Translations under genes and position numbers: made by a program
Part shown: in pieces, positions 1-14,334 of the stretch
Numbering within the stretch: position 1 is the stretch's first letter
Layout of the letters: every line of letters starts with the position of its first letter
Notes under the pieces: model-generated
What the model was told of the DNA's origin: nothing
Seen by the model: the letters and a program-made list of their open reading frames with translations, nothing else
Databases searched by the model: none
DNA from: Chiloscyllium plagiosum
Taxonomy: Eukaryota
Assembly: GCF_004010195.1 (NCBI RefSeq)
Contig: NC_057755.1
Coordinates: 3,929,462-3,993,461 of the forward strand
Length of the DNA stretch: 64,000 nt
Direction of reading: 5' to 3'

Positions 1-649
1 TCACCTGATGATCTTCGTGTCTTTGCATGCTAAAGTCTGCTGTTCGACAAGCAAACAAATGATTTTCACAGTGTACAGGTAGATATGACAATAATAATAA
101 AACAAATCAAATCATATCAAAGGTGAAAGGAGAAAGGACAATGACAGAGATGATGGAAGCGGTCGAACATCAAAGCCAGTGGAATAACTTGTGAGGACAA
201 GACGTGCTGTGTTTTTGATAGAGCTGAAAAGTTTGAAATGCCAGAGGATGGCATGTTGAATGTTGAGGGTGTTGCTGAAATATGAAAAGTGCATCACTGG
301 GAAAGTTGCTAAGGTGGCACTGATGCTTTCACAAAGAAAAGTATCCTGAGAAGAAACAACAGTTCGGGCAATTACAGTCAGAGTCATTTTGGAGTCAGTG
401 GCTCTGGAGAAATGTTGGTTAAAAGACGATGGACTATATAGGAGTTGGAGAAGTCATAAAGACAGAGAGGTTTATAACGCAGAAAAAGATATGCACTTTG
501 GCCTGTAGAGTCTATGCTGGTCAAATTCAATTGCCTAACAATTCTCATGTAGTTTTCCAGCATTAGGTCCATAACCCTGCCATTACAACTACACACATAA
601 ATAGTTCTGTTATCAGGGTATCCGCCTCTACTGCCCTTACAAGGAGCCA

Positions 650-1065
650 TCTAGGGAGCCAAACTCTGGCTACCTGCAGCCTGGAGGAAGAATGCCTCAT
701 CTTCCGCCTTGGGACCACCCCCCCCCACCCCCACAAACACAAGAGATCAATGTGGATTTCCCCTCTTCCCACCTTATCCCAGATCCAACCTTCCAACTCG
801 GTGTCGCCCTCTTGAACTGTCCTACTTAACCATCCTCCTGCCTATCTATCCACTCCACCCTCCCCTTCGACCTATCACCATCACTCCCACTTTCATCTAA
901 CTATTGCATTCCCAGCTACATTCCCCCACAACAGCCCCCCTCCCATTTATGATTCAGCCCCCTTGGGCCGCTCCCTCATTCCTGATGGAGCCTACTAAAA
1001 CGTCGACTTCCCTACTCGGCGGATGCTGTCTGAGCGGCTGTGCTTTTCCAGCACCCCACTATTCT
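650..1065 (+). mobile_element. Penelope-like element 3' fragment
   Basis: LEEECLIFRLGT-type GIY-YIG tail, pyrimidine-rich UTR and terminal repeat (ggatgctg...tgtgcttttccagcacc). Confidence 0.7.
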
Positions 1066-1149
1066 ACCCGTCCAGGCAGTAATTTCCAGATTGCCACCAC
1101 AGTCTCAGTGGCAAACGAAACATCCTGCCTCTTTGCATCCATGCCCCGG

Positions 1150-2050
1150 TCATTTACAAGCCCAAAAAGGGGAAAACGTATGTATTTCAATGCTGTCTAT
1201 GCTCCTTATGATTCTATATATTGAAACCACGTCCGCTCAAGAATCTTCCCTGCCCCAACGAAAACAAGACTAATCCATCCAATCTCGCTTCGTACCTAAA
1301 GCTTTCCAACATTGGAATCATCATGGAAATCTCTGCATCATTTCCAGGGCAATGAAAATACACCTACCTTGTGGATTCCAGAACTGCACACAATACGCTC
1401 GCTGTGGCGTGGCCAATATTTTATACAGTTGCAGCATATTTTCCTTGCACTTCATCTCTATTAAAAGAACAAAAAATGTTCCTTATTCCTTTTGAACCAT
1501 ATTATCGACCTGTCAAGCTGCCATATGGTGTTCATGTGCAGCAAGGTCCCTTTGATTTTCAGTGTGTCTCAGGCTCTTACCATTCGTCATGTTTTTCCCT
1601 TGCCTTGTATTTCCTTCCCATGTGCATTAGCTCACAAATACTCATACTGAATTCCATTTGCCACTGATCAGCCCATCTCACCAGCCGATTTACACCATCC
1701 CATAATCGAAGGATATCCTCTTCACTCTTCAGCACTTCATCAATTTTTTCCTGTCAGTGAACTTATCCTGTATATTCCCCAGTATGTTGGTTTCCCGGTA
1801 GATGTGAATACCACCGTTCATCTTTAGTGGAACATGTGGGCCCTGTATTCTTTCTATTTCCTTCTTGAATGCATCCCACTCCTCGAACATGGATTCCCCT
1901 AAAAGTGTCTGCTCTCTGTCCAATTGCACACAACCTTATTAACATTTGGGATTGCTCCAGTTTAGAACTTTGATTTCTTGTCCTCGTCTTTTTCCAAATT
2001 AATCTTGAGTTATTGTCATTGTCTGCAAAATTATTCCCCACTGAATTGCC
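1150..2050 (-). mobile_element. Old CR1 LINE fragment
   Basis: Degenerate reverse-complement CR1 ORF2 sequence (e.g. ccagaactgcacacaatac, ttccatttgccactgatcagccc). Confidence 0.55.
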
Positions 2051-2069
2051 AGGTAGGAGAAAGAGGAAT

Positions 2070-2890
2070 TCAGATGTTGGAGATCAGAGTAGAGAGTGTG
2101 GTGATGGGAAAGCACAGCAGGTCAGGCAGGATTCTCGTCAGATCAACATCCCTCACTCCCAGGACCTTCTACTGCCACCACAGGAAGTGCAAAACCTGCT
2201 CCCACAGGCCGCCCCCTCACCTCAATCCAAAGCCCCAAAGGGTCCTTCCACATCCAACAGACGTTTACCTGTACCTCCACAAATGTCATCGACTGCATCC
2301 ATAGCACCCGATGTGGTCTCCTCTATATCAGGAGACTGGATGCCAACTTGCGAAGCTTTTCAGAAAACATCTCTGGTACACTCACACCAACCAGGTCAAC
2401 TGCTCCATGGCTGAACACTTCAACTCCCCCTCCCACTCCACCAAGAAAATGCAGGTCCTTGGCATTCTCCATCGCTAAACCCTAACCGTGCACTGCCTAG
2501 AGGATGAAAGCCTCATCTTCGGCATTGGGACCCTGAATCCACACGGGATTAATGTGGATTTCACCAATTTCCTCATTCCCCCTCCCTCCACCTTCTCCCA
2601 TTCCCAAGCCTCCAACTGAGCACCGCCCCCTTGACCTATTCATCTTCCTTCCCATCGATCCGCTTCACCCTCTTCTCTGACCTATCACCCACTCCTCACC
2701 TTCATATACCGAGAACATTCCCAACTCCCTTGCCCATAGCCCCACGCACACCCGTTTTTGTCTAACCCCACGCCCCATCCCCACGGCCTACAAACTTCAT
2801 TCCTGAAGAAGGGCATATGCCTGAAACGTTGATTCTCCTAGTCCTCAGATGCTGCCTGGCCTTCTGTGCTTTTCCAGCAGCACATTCTTC
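2070..2890 (+). mobile_element. Penelope-like element (GIY-YIG end) with inverted 5' terminal-repeat fragment
   Basis: CxxRKCKTC motif, degenerate GIY-YIG, 3' terminal repeat at 2795-2890, inverted copy of that repeat at 2070-2130. Confidence 0.8.
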
Positions 2891-3587
2891 CCATTGAAAT
2901 GTCAGCCACTTACCCACCTTCATTCCATAAAAACCGGCCAGGAATGCCATCAAAGTGGGTGAAAGTACTAAAAACCAGTCTGGGATTGGCCAGACGAAGC
3001 TATACAGTATGTTGTGGTAAAGAGAGAAGGAAAACAACCTCCAGTTTATCCAGCAGACAGCATCAGAGGGATAATGTGTTAAAACAGCTGTAAAATGCTC
3101 CAGACCCAGGGGTGAAACGGGAAGATCCGGGCCAAGTGTTGGATGATAGAGTGGGGGAGGAATTCCAATGAGAATCGTGAACACGTGGAGTCTAATGAAT
3201 AATATCCAAAGTGTGGAAAGCTGTGGGTAATCATGAAGGGACATTTGACAGAGAATGATTTGTTGCTGACAGTAAGAATAGGTCATATTCACTGTGGGTT
3301 TAAATAATGCTCAGGTTCATTCCATGTTTCAGAGATGAGTATTTCAGAGATAGCCACTGTCAGGTAGGAAAATAAGCTTCAATGTGCAGCTCTGGACTCA
3401 TTCAGAAACAAACAACATGCATTGTGGGACAGGAGAAGCGGAATGAAGGAGATCATGAAAAATCCAATGTTTAAGGAGTCAGAGAGAACTGATTATCAAT
3501 TCTTAACTGATTGGATCCTGCATTATGAAATTCAAAACTGTACACTTGACCGTTGCATGTGTCTCCATTCAAATGAAGACACTCCAA

Positions 3588-5445
3588 ATCGCAGAATTAA
3601 AGAAAATCCCATAGCATTTTATTCTTATTTAAGAAGCAAGCGGGTAACTATAGAAAGGATTGGTCCACGAAAAGATAATGAAGGAAGGCTGTGTGCCAAA
3701 TCTGAGAGAATGGGTGAGATTCTGAATAATTACTTTGCATCAGTGTTCACTGAGGAGAGGAACATAATGAATCTTGAGATTTGAGATACAAGTATAATTA
3801 GTCTGGATCACGTTGGCATAAGTAGAGAAGATGTATTGGGTGTGCTAGAGGTTATTAAGGTGGACAAATCCCCAGGACCGGATGGGATCTATCCCAGGTT
3901 GCTGAGGGAGGTGAGAGAGGAAATAGCTGGGGCCCTGACAGATATCTTTATGGCAACTTTAAATACAGGTGAGGTGCTGAAGGACTGGAAGGTTGCTCAT
4001 GTTGTCTCCGTGTACATGAAGGGAAGTAGGGGTATTCCAGGTAACAACAGATCCGTGAGCCTGACGTCGGTGGTGGGGAAATTGCTGGAGTTGGTACTGA
4101 GAGATAGGATATTTTCATATTTGGAAAGGAATGAGCTTATCCGTGATGTGCAACATAGTTTTGTGCGGGGGGGGATTGTGCCTTACCAACTTGATAGAGT
4201 TCTTCTCGGAAGTGTCCAAGTTGTTAGTTGAAGGAAGCGCTGTAGATGTTGCATACATGGACTTTAGTAAAGCGTTTGATAAGGTTCCCCATTGCAGACT
4301 AATGGAGAAAGTGAAGTTACGTGATGTGCAGGGTGTTCTAGCTAGGTGGATAAAGAACTAGTTGAGCAACAGGAGACAGAGAGTAGTAGTTGAATTCGAA
4401 ATGGAGAAAGGCGACCAGTGGTGTTCCACAGGGGTCAGTATTGGGGAGACTGTTGTTTGTAATATACATAAATGATCTAGAAGAGGCTATTGTTGGAATG
4501 ATCAGCAAGTTTGCAGATGACACAAAGATTGGTGGAGTGGCAGAAAGCATAATGGACTGTCAGAGAATAAAGGACGATACATACAGACTGGAAGGTTAGG
4601 CGGAAAAATGGTAGATGGCTTTCAATCCAGACAAATGTGAGGTGATGCATTTAGGCAAGTCTAATTCTAGAGCGAATTATACAATGAATGTAAGAGCCTT
4701 GGGAAAAATTGATGGGCAGAGAGATCTGGGAGATGCATTGTACTCTGACGGTTGCTGCACAGGAGGATAGAGTGGTCAAGAAGGCATATAGTATGCTTGC
4801 CTTCATCGGACGGGGTATTGAGTATAAGAGCTGGCAAGTCACGTTAAAATTGTACAAGACATTGGTTCGGCCGCATTTGGAGGACCATGTACAGTTCTGG
4901 GCGCCACATTACCAAAAGGATATGGACGCTTTGAAAAGGGTACAGAGAAGGTGTACGAGGATGATGCCTGGTATGGAAGGTGATAACTATGAAGAGAACT
5001 TGAACAGGTTAGGTTTATTTTCACTAGAAAACAGGAGATTGGGGGGGGGGGGCGGCTGATTGAGGGTTACAAAATCATGAAGGGTATAAACAGGGTGGAT
5101 AGAGACAAGCTTTTTCCCAGCGTGAAGGATCAAATACCGAGAGGTCATGCTTTCAAAGTGAGAGTTGGAAAGTTCAGGGGTGATACACGTGGGAAGTATC
5201 CACGTGTTCCAAACGCACACCACAGAGGGTGGTGTGCGTTTGGAATGCGTTGCCAGTGGAGCTGGTAGAGGCAGGCACGGTAGATTCAAGATGCATCTGG
5301 GCAGATGCATGAGTAGGTGGGGAGCAGAGGGGTACAGATGTTTAGGAATTGACCGACAGGTTCCGTCAGATCATTTGGATCGGCCCAGGCTTGAGGGGCG
5401 AAGGGCCTGTTCCTGGGCTGTAAATTTTCTTTGTTCTTTGTTCTA
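3588..5445 (+). mobile_element. 5'-truncated CR1 LINE (ORF2 RT), inactivated
   Basis: KSPGPDGIYP, YMDFSKAFDKVPH, GVPQGSVLG and KFADD motifs across frameshifted ORFs; ttctttgttctttgttct tail. Confidence 0.92.
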
Positions 5446-6439
5446 TCAGCCAACTGCAGATTAGAACTGCGGATTACAACTTTCTGTCAAGACAGGTATG
5501 GAGCAAGCTGCCAGAGAAAGTAACGGAGGTGGTTAAAATTAGAACAATTAAAAGGTGTGGGTATATGACAAGGAAGGATTTAGGGGGTTTGGGTCAAATG
5601 CTGGCAAATGGGACAAGACTAACTAAGATATCTGATCTGCATGAACAAGTGGGCAAATGGGATTTTTCTGTGCTTTATGATTCAATATGAAGAAAATGAT
5701 TCCTCAAATCTTCATCCATCCCAAATTTTAAAAGTTCCACATGTACACCTCAATAGTTATCCACGCTGACAACCGGATACTTAATATTCAACAGTCATAG
5801 CAAACAGAACCTGAAACCCATACTGTATAAAGGAGATTAATCAGTTCTGAAACTTTTTATTGTAGTGTTATCTAAAGTAGGAAGGAATAAATGTGCTGCT
5901 ATCAGTACAAATACACAAAAATAAATATTCGCAGGAATGTGATAGTACTGGGTTTGCAAGATACACTGCTTTGAGTGACCAAAATCCATTGCAGTTCTAT
6001 AACATTTCCAATCATGCATTCCTACAAGGTAACCTCCAGTTCTGAGGTTTGATTCAGGGGTTCATAGCATTTGCCTAAGTGCAATGATGTTGTAAACCTG
6101 CTAAATCTGTTGAGGCAATGAAACAACACTATAAGAATTTTTACAATATATAATTTAACTGGATGATATTGCAACTTGTCATGGGTCTAAAACTGAGCAC
6201 TATATCAAAATGCAAATTTCTTAATTAACAAGGAGAAAGAGGGGATATATCATCTACAAATTGTAAATGCTTGTGGACAGTTACCAGAAACACCATTGAT
6301 GGCAAGGAGCATGTTGGAAACTTTCCTGGCATATTTAATAGGTAGATGCAATTTTAGAGAGGATTGGTAAGTCTATGTTGTTGCACGTGATATGCAAAAA
6401 CTAAATTCTGAGGTATTGCATTCTGTGGCTTTTTCCAGG

Positions 6440-6775
6440 CTGTCATGGTGTCTCAGTGGTTAGCACTACTGCATCATGCGCTCAGGACCTGAGTTTGATT
6501 CCTGCCTTGGGCGACTGTCAGTGTGGAATTTGCGCATTCTCCCTGTGTCTGCGTGGGTTTTCTCCGGGTGCACCGGTGTCCTGCCACAATACAAAGGTTT
6601 GCATTTTAGGTGAAGTGGCCATGCTAAATTGTCCATAGTGTTCAGGGATGTGAAGGTTAGATGCATTATTCAGGGGTAAACATAGGGTAGGGGGAATAGG
6701 TCTGGGCGGATTACTCTTCAGAGGGTCGTTGTGAACTTGTTGGGATTGTTTCCACGTTGTAGATATTCTATTTCG
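6440..6775 (+). mobile_element. tRNA-derived SINE (HE1/V-SINE-like)
   Basis: A-box-like tgtctcagtgg, B-box-like gagtttgattcc, V-type core gtgtggaatttgc...gcgtgggttt, CR1-like tail. Confidence 0.82.
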
Positions 6776-7859
6776 AGATCCTTATGTTCTGTGCGATATC
6801 CACGGGGAGATTGATGTCGCAACTATAATGATGACATTTTTATAATTCTGAGTTGGGAGAAGATATTTGTCACTGAAATTAAATTGTGGCTGGATACGTC
6901 TGACCTCATTGAGCTGTGTTAATTGTTGTTGGATCACATAACTTGGAGGACGTGTGGACCGTGTCTCAACAGAAAAACTTAAATCCCACTACTTTACGAA
7001 CAAAGAGGCAGTTTGTTGTTTTAATAAAGCTGCCCTAAAATAAATATATTGTATTGCTTTCCTGTCTATAATTAACTTTGTTTGCTGCATCAACTGTGCT
7101 TTCCTGACCTTTAATGCACCGCTTAAATCTAAGTTCGCTTTATAATTAGTATTTGATTTTTGTCCAGCAAAGTGGTGTTGAGAGAATGTACTTCACATTG
7201 CTTCAGTGATTTCAGTAGTCACAATTTATTATAAGAATCTCTAACAGTAGCGAACCTTCTCTAGAATAGGCCATTATTACCCATGTAGCAAATAATTTAC
7301 ATTATCCTGGATTACTTGCAGCAATGCAATTGAACTTTCATTGTACCATATCCCTCCCCTCCCTCTGCAGGAGAAATTCTTGTCACCTCATTGTCACTCT
7401 TCTGTCGTGGCATTAATTTGATTATGTCAGTTACTGATTCAATCGCATTCTGGCATAACATCGTGCAAAGCCAGACTCAGACGGTTCATTTTACATCCTC
7501 AGAAAATATGTGTTCTTTTAAATTTTAAAAATCATCTTATTCTTCCATTTGCTCTTTTGACAATAACCTGAGTGTCAGTTTGTTTTCCAGATCATTGAGA
7601 GTCGGGTAGTTTTATATCCATTTTCTCTGGTCAGATGACCCACAATTGTGAAGACGCCTATTTAAAAAAAGCACTTGCAACCGAAACAGAAATGCCAAGC
7701 TTCTCAAATCTATCACCAGCAATGATATTCCCGTACCAAGAATCATTCTTTATAATATGTGCAGCACCTGTACAATATTCACACGTAGTTTGGAAGGTTT
7801 GGAGTTCAGATCTAGAGGTGACACAATAAATCCTGCAAACTCCTTTGTGACTTGGATGT

Positions 7860-8720
7860 CATTGCCGGGGGGATGGTGAGTACGTTTACAAATGACACCA
7901 ATATTGGAGGTGTACTGGACAACGAATAAGATTGCTTTAGAGTCCAATGCACCTTGATCAGATGCGCCAATGGGCTGAGAAGTGGCAGATGGGGTTTAAT
8001 TCAGATAGATGTGAGATGTTCCATTTTTGTATAGCAAACCAGGGTAGGACCTATGCATTCAATGGTAAGGTCCTGGGGAGTGATGCCATACAAAGAGATC
8101 TTGGAGTGCAGATTGACAGTTCCTTGAAAGTCTGATCGCAGATAAACAGGACTGTGAAGAAGCCATTTGGCATGCTTGCCTTTATTGGTCATTGCTTCGC
8201 GTATAAGAATTGGAATGTCATGTTGCGGCTGTACAGGACTTTGGCTAGGCCACTTTCGGAATACTACGTTCAATTCTGGTCTCCCTTCGAGAGGAAAGAT
8301 ATTATGAAACTTGAAAGGGTTCAGAAAGGATTTATAAGAATGTTACCAGGGCTGGAGAGTTTGAGCTGTACGGAGAGGCTGAGTCAGTTGAAGGTGATTT
8401 TATCTGAGGGGGTAACTTGTAGAGATTTATTAAAGCATTAGGGGCATGGATAGGGTGAAGTGCCTAGGTTTCGTTCCCATGATTGAGGCGTCCAAAACCC
8501 GAGGGGAAGAGGGGAGCTTTAAGTCGAGAGGGGAAAGATTTAAAATGGAACTGAGGGACAAGTTTTTCACCCAGAGAGTGGTGCGTGTATGGAACAAGCT
8601 GCCAGAGGAAGTAGAGAAGGTGGGTACATTGCACTATTGAAAAGGCATCTGAATGGGAGCACTAATGGGAATGGTTTAGAGGGATATAGCATAGATACAG
8701 GACATTTGGCACAAATTGCT
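7860..8720 (+). mobile_element. CR1 LINE 3' fragment
   Basis: WAEKWQMGFN, AFIG, VQFWSP and FFTQRVVRVWN motifs. Confidence 0.88.
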
Positions 8721-8724
8721 CCAT

Positions 8725-9450
8725 GCTGACCATGTGCTCCTTCCAATTGCCTGCATTTGTTCAATATCCTTCTAAACCCTTCCCATCCATGTGCCTTTTC
8801 AAATGAAGTTTAAATGTTGTTATTGTATCTCCCTCAACCACTTCCTCTGGCAACTCATTCCATTCACTCTCTGCGTGAAGATATTGCCCTCAGATCCTTC
8901 CAAAATCTTTCCCTTCTCAACTTCAACCTATGCTCTCCAGTTTTTAATTCTCCATTCCCTTGGAATAAGTTTAAAAACATTCCTTCTGTGTCTGCCCTGC
9001 ATGATTTTATGCACATCAATAGGGACACCCCTCATTCTCCTCAATCCAAGGAGTAAAGTCCTCTCCTGGCCAACCGCTCCCTATAACTCAAGTCGATTAA
9101 TTCTGGTAACATCTTGGCAAATCTTTCCAGGGTGACCAAAACTGAACACAATACTCCAAGTGCAACATCACCAATGACTTATACAACTGTAACATAATAT
9201 CCCAACTCCTATACTCGTTGCTTTGACCGATGTAAGTCAGCATGCTAGATGCCTTCTTCACCATCCTGTCTACCTGTGGCACCACATTCCAAGGACTATG
9301 TAATTGTACTCCGAAATCCCTCTGTTCCACAACACTGTTCAGGACCTTCGCATTTACGGTGTAAGTTCTACCTTGGATTGACTTTCTAAAGTACAACACC
9401 TCACATTTATCTGAATTGCATTGTGTTTGCCAATCGTCAGCCCACATCCC
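8725..9450 (-). mobile_element. CR1 LINE 3' fragment
   Basis: ORF 9097..9495(-) has KCEVLYF and LEYCVQFWSP. Confidence 0.88.
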
Positions 9451-11939
9451 TGCACACACACGACATGGGTGCGGGCGAAAAATAAGCACTACCACAGTTA
9501 GGCGTTAGTCTGGGGGCATAAAAAACAAACAGAAGGATCTGAGTCTCTGTTCACTTTGAGAGCTGGCTCTGAGGGAGCTGGATCACACACACACAAAAAA
9601 AAAAAACAAGTCTTCCTTCTTGCTCCTTATTGCTGCAACCAGCAGAGACTTTTCTCTGGATTTTCATTGACCGTGGTTTTCCTTGGCCTCCTAGTGTCAC
9701 ACTTGGTCAAATGGTACCTTGACGTTGAGGGGAGTTCCTCTCCCTTCTCGTCTCGAGTTCAACTTCTTTTAAAAAAAGCTGGAATCAATGGCCCTTGTGG
9801 CACTCAAACTGGCCATCAGTAAGCAGGTTATTGCTGACCAGGTATTGCTTGATAGCCCTGTTAATGACACCTTCCTTCCCATTTCCATGTTAGAGAATGA
9901 ACAGATTAGACGTTATTTCACTACATCAGATTGGCCCTCATTTTTCTGTGTAAAACATGCCTGGGAATTTTTCACATTCTCGGTCCATGCCAGTGCTGTT
10001 GCAGCATCAGAAAACATTGGCTCAGCAGGTGTCAAGTTTTCGATATTTATGTTGTCAGGACCAAAACCTTTTAAGTATTTAGTGCCCCCTGTAATTCCAT
10101 AACATGAGGGAGAGTGAATTGAATTGGCTGGAGACTGAGATTTGTGAACATGGGGACCTCACGAGAAGGCTGAAATGAATGAATGGCTTGATATTTTCGG
10201 TTGAGGATTATTGCAAATGCTTCAGCTTTATCTTTTGCACTGATGTCCTGGATTCCCCCATAACTGAGGGTTTAGTTGGTGGAGAGCAGCCTTCTCACCC
10301 AGTGATTTAATTGTCCACCATCTTTTTTGAGTAAATATGCCAGAGCGTGGATCTGCAGAACATTGAAGCGTTGCAAAAACAGAAATTATTGGTGGAACAC
10401 AGCAGGTCTGGCAGCATCAGTGGAAAGAAAGCGGAGTTTCATTGGTTGTTTGATCGCTTCGCTCTGTCCGTCACTTGTTGCAGACAAAAGTCGTCCTGTT
10501 CTGTAGCCTCACTAGGTTGGAACCTCGTATCTTTGTTTTCAGTTCTGTTGTTTGTATGTCCTGTTGTACTATTCATTGAACCAGTCTGAAGACTTCCTAA
10601 TCCTTTTCAATGTTGCAATTTTACCAGATTCCACCATAGAGCCATTGTGCCATAAAGCATGGAAACTGACCCTTCGATGCATCCAGTCCAAGGCTGAACA
10701 TACTCCCAAACTAAACTGGCTGCACTCACCTGCTCCTGACCCATATCCCTCCAAACACTCCTATTCATGTATTCATTCAAATGTCTTTGTTCCATATATA
10801 CACCACACTCTGCATCAAGGGATTCACACCCCCACCCACAACACACACACACCACCACCAGATCGCTTTGAATTCTTTCCCCTCTCACTTTATATCTATG
10901 CCCTCTAGATTTGGACTCCTTTACCCTGTGGAAGACCTTGACTATTTACCCTCTCCATGCCACTCATGATTTTATGAACCTCGATAAATTCTTTCCTCAG
11001 CCTCTGATGTCCCAGAGTTAAAACCGCCCCAGGCGATCCAAAACCTCCAGTCAGCTATGTTGAGCAGATGGTCTATGATTGTCTGTGCAAGGTATAATTC
11101 TGATGCTGCAGATGGCCATCTAAACTTTATGGACACCTCGTCATAAGTTGTCCGAGCTGTTTGAATTCTGTCTCATTTAACACAGAGACAGTATCAAATC
11201 ACATAATGCAGCATCTATAAAATGTGGGTCAGGTAGATTCGTGGCAATGCATTTTGGAGTGTGCCAGCACAATCAGCAGGTGCTGCTGAGCCTGTCTTGG
11301 TGATGGACACTGAAGCCTTCCACACAGAGTCCATTCTCTGTCCTTTCCACATTCAATGTTGTGTTCAAACAGAGAAATTTGAGGGATGCGATAATTGATA
11401 ATCAGCAGAATGTTTCTGTGTCCGTGTTTAACCTGATGCCAGAAGGATTCTTGGGACAGGAATCGACTCCCCACCCCCCGACTGTATTCCACAGAACTGC
11501 AAACTCTGCTGGCTCTGTCCTGCCAGTGGGACAGAACCTGCCCTGAGACTATCATAGTTTTGTCTGCGACAGTGTCTGGAATGTGGCATTCTGTGAGCGT
11601 GACTATGTTTGATTGTAGCTGGAATAGTCTGTGACTGCAGGTCAGGTTTAAGTTTTATACAATGAAGAGTTAACCCTTCTTTATTTCTTTGGATCATAAG
11701 ATCAAATCAAAATAACGGTTTTATTCAGTTGAAGATTATTCACTTCAATAATCAGAATGCACACCTAATTATTGCTCAATTTAGTAACGATCCTCACTAG
11801 CTGATTATTGCTCAGTTCAATCATTGCAATAAACAGCTGAATCATGTTTAGATGAGTAAACACATGATCTTTGCACGACATATACATCAGTAATCCGATT
11901 GAAAAGCTGGAATCTAAATGTAGTCTTCATGGACAACAT

Positions 11940-12200
11940 TAACACCACAGGTAAAGAGTGACCAGCTCCTAAGTATCTCCAGATAGCTCCCAATCTGGAT
12001 CTGGACAGTTATTCAAACATTTCCTCACAACAGACAATTTAAATCTGTTCTTGAACAAGGGGGAAGTGCATGGATCAGATTGGCCAATGGACTAGCACAA
12101 GGCTCAGTGCAATTTTTACCATTTACACAAATGAGCTGCCAATGTCTCTTAAGGTCGTCCATGTTTTTGACATCCAGTGAGTCACGTAACCTTCATAATT
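11940..12200 (+). mobile_element. Ancient non-LTR retrotransposon RT fragment
   Basis: Reads ANGLAQGS..FTIYTNELP..VHVFD, a degenerate GxPQGS/YADD region. Mirror copy at about 27340-27580(-). Confidence 0.5.
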
Positions 12201-12729
12201 TTACACTTTAGAGCAGACCCTAACTGAAGGTGTTCGAAAAGTGATGGATTACGTGGCATCTTGCATTGAATCCCTCATCAACAATATCCAGTGTATATCA
12301 GCTCCACAATCCCAGTGTCTGAACAGAATTGTGCATCTACTTTAATGGCCAGCATGATCCCAACTAACATTATTGTATGTGACTCAAACTTGAAATTTTA
12401 TGAAGATGTTTCCAATATCATATTTATCATTAACAGCAAAGTGTAATTATTGAAGATCATAAATGCTTTGATCTTAGCCACTTGATTGTCCAATGAACAA
12501 ATCCACCCATTTGTTGAATTCAATTTTCAGATTGAAATCTAATGAAAGCATAGCGCACAAATGATGAGTCTGTTTATCGCACCAAGAATCAAATTATTAC
12601 TGAGTCCAAGCACTTTGAAAATATCTTATTACTTTTCCTTCGTTTGCAAATATTCCTCATCCTAATTGTTTTCATGACAATAACTTAACTATGATTCCAA
12701 ATATTCCAGATACGAGGATATATTAAATT

Positions 12730-12940
12730 GGTTCTATCTATCTCGCATGTCAGTAATCTGGGATATGAATCTCAGTTTCTGAGTGATGCTACATACGTCG
12801 GCCTTGCCTCTGAAAGACTGACAGATTGTTTCAAACAGCATATCACTTCAGTTCTTCACAACAAGCAAGGTACCGCCTGCAACCAACCAGCTTCCACTCA
12901 CAAAACCTCAAACCCAGTGTCCACCATTAGTCATGAATGG
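12730..12940 (+). mobile_element. Penelope GIY-YIG fragment
   Basis: SNLGYE...ATYVGLASERLTDCFKQH resembles the GIY-YIG YVGxTxxxLxxRxxQH motif. Confidence 0.6.
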
Positions 12941-12959
12941 ACAACATTTTTAATGAATT

Positions 12960-14330
12960 CTAATCCATTCATGGGCATCGTTGGTTGGGTCAGCATTTAT
13001 TGCTCATCTCTCCTGGCTGCTGAGAATGTGTTGGTGAGCTGTTTTCCTGAACTGTTGTTTTCTGTGTGCTGTACATAGACTCACAATACAATTATGAAGG
13101 GCTGTAATTAGACAGGCAGGAGGCTGGAATAACACAACAAGGCAGGCAGCATCTGGGGGTAGAGACAAAGATGATTTGGGTGTAATCCTTCTTCAGGACT
13201 GGGCTAACAGGAGGTGGAGATGTCGACTTTTTTTTGTCTCTAATGAAGAAATGTGAAGCAGAGATACTTACAGAAAGGTGATATATTTACAATCAAAGAA
13301 GATGATTGACTTGGATGGGAATTTGTAGTGCATGGTGATTCCATGTATCTGCTGCCCATATCCTTTGTGATGATGTCGGTTTGGAAGGTTTTATTTGAGG
13401 AACTTTGGTGCATTTCTGCAATGCATCTGGTAGTTGGTACACATTGCTGCTACTGAGAGTCAGTGGTGGAAATAAGATGGTTGTAGTGGCCATCAAGTGA
13501 ACTGTTTTATCCCGGATAGTGTCAAGCTTCTTGAGTGTTGTTGCAGCCTCACTCATCTCGGCAAATGGGGAGTGTTTCACCACACTCCTGATTTGGACCT
13601 ATTAGATGGTGGACAGGTGGAAGTCAGGAAGTGAGTTATTCCCTGCAGTATTCCTCGCTTCTGTCCTGCCTTGTCACCATTGTATTTAAATGGATAATCA
13701 ACTTCAGAGCCTGGTCAATGCTAATCTGAACATGTTGATAGTTGAAGAATCAGCAACGGTAACCCCATTGATGTCACAGGGCGATTATGTGATTATCTGT
13801 TGTTAAGTTGATCACTGTCTGGCATTTATGTGTCATGTATGCGATTTACCACTTTTTATCCAAAGCATGGATATTGCCCCGGTCTCACTGCATTTGGATA
13901 AGGACTATTTCAGTACCTGAGTAGTCCCAAATACTGCTGAACACAGTGTAATCATCAGCTAATATCCCCATGTCTGACCCTGTGATGGAGGGGAGTCCAT
14001 TGATGAAATTACTGAAGATGGCTAGGCCTACGACACTCCTTTAAGGATAGAGATGCCCTGCAGCTGTGGTGACTGACGTCAAAGAACCACAACTTTCTTC
14101 TTTTCTGCCAGGGATGACTCCATCCAGTGGAGAATTCCCCCGATTTCCATTGCATCCAGTTTTTCTCAGGCTCCTTGAAGCCACACCAGGCCAAATGCAG
14201 CCTTGAAGTTAAGTACAGTCAGCCTCAACCCACCTCTGGAATTCAGCTCTTTTTGTCGATGTTTGGACTAAGGCTGGAATGAGGTCAGGCACTGAGTGGT
14301 GTCACTGAGCAGGTTGTTGTCTGTCAGTGA
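12960..14330 (-). mobile_element. CR1/L2-superfamily LINE 3' portion, with Penelope terminal-repeat insert near 13090-13230
   Basis: AATTLKKLDTIRDK in ORF 13293..13583(-). Same 3' end as 25610-26190(+). Confidence 0.65.
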
Positions 14331-14334
14331 ATCA

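Larger units (their letters stand above)
8725..12710. repeat. Inverted segmental duplication arm A (mirror of about 26840-31190)
   Basis: Same order of CR1, L2-like, Penelope and old RT fragments plus non-repeat-looking DNA, in reverse orientation. Example: 11955-12140 matches the reverse complement of 27380-27570. Confidence 0.85.

Noticed and set aside
5837..6019. 60-aa hydrophobic ORF as another GPCR exon 1
   Set aside because: No match to the IGxP-donor pattern of the three real copies and no downstream exon found.
6440..6510. tRNA gene
   Set aside because: Head of a tRNA-derived SINE with body and tail; no full cloverleaf. The same applies at 51625.
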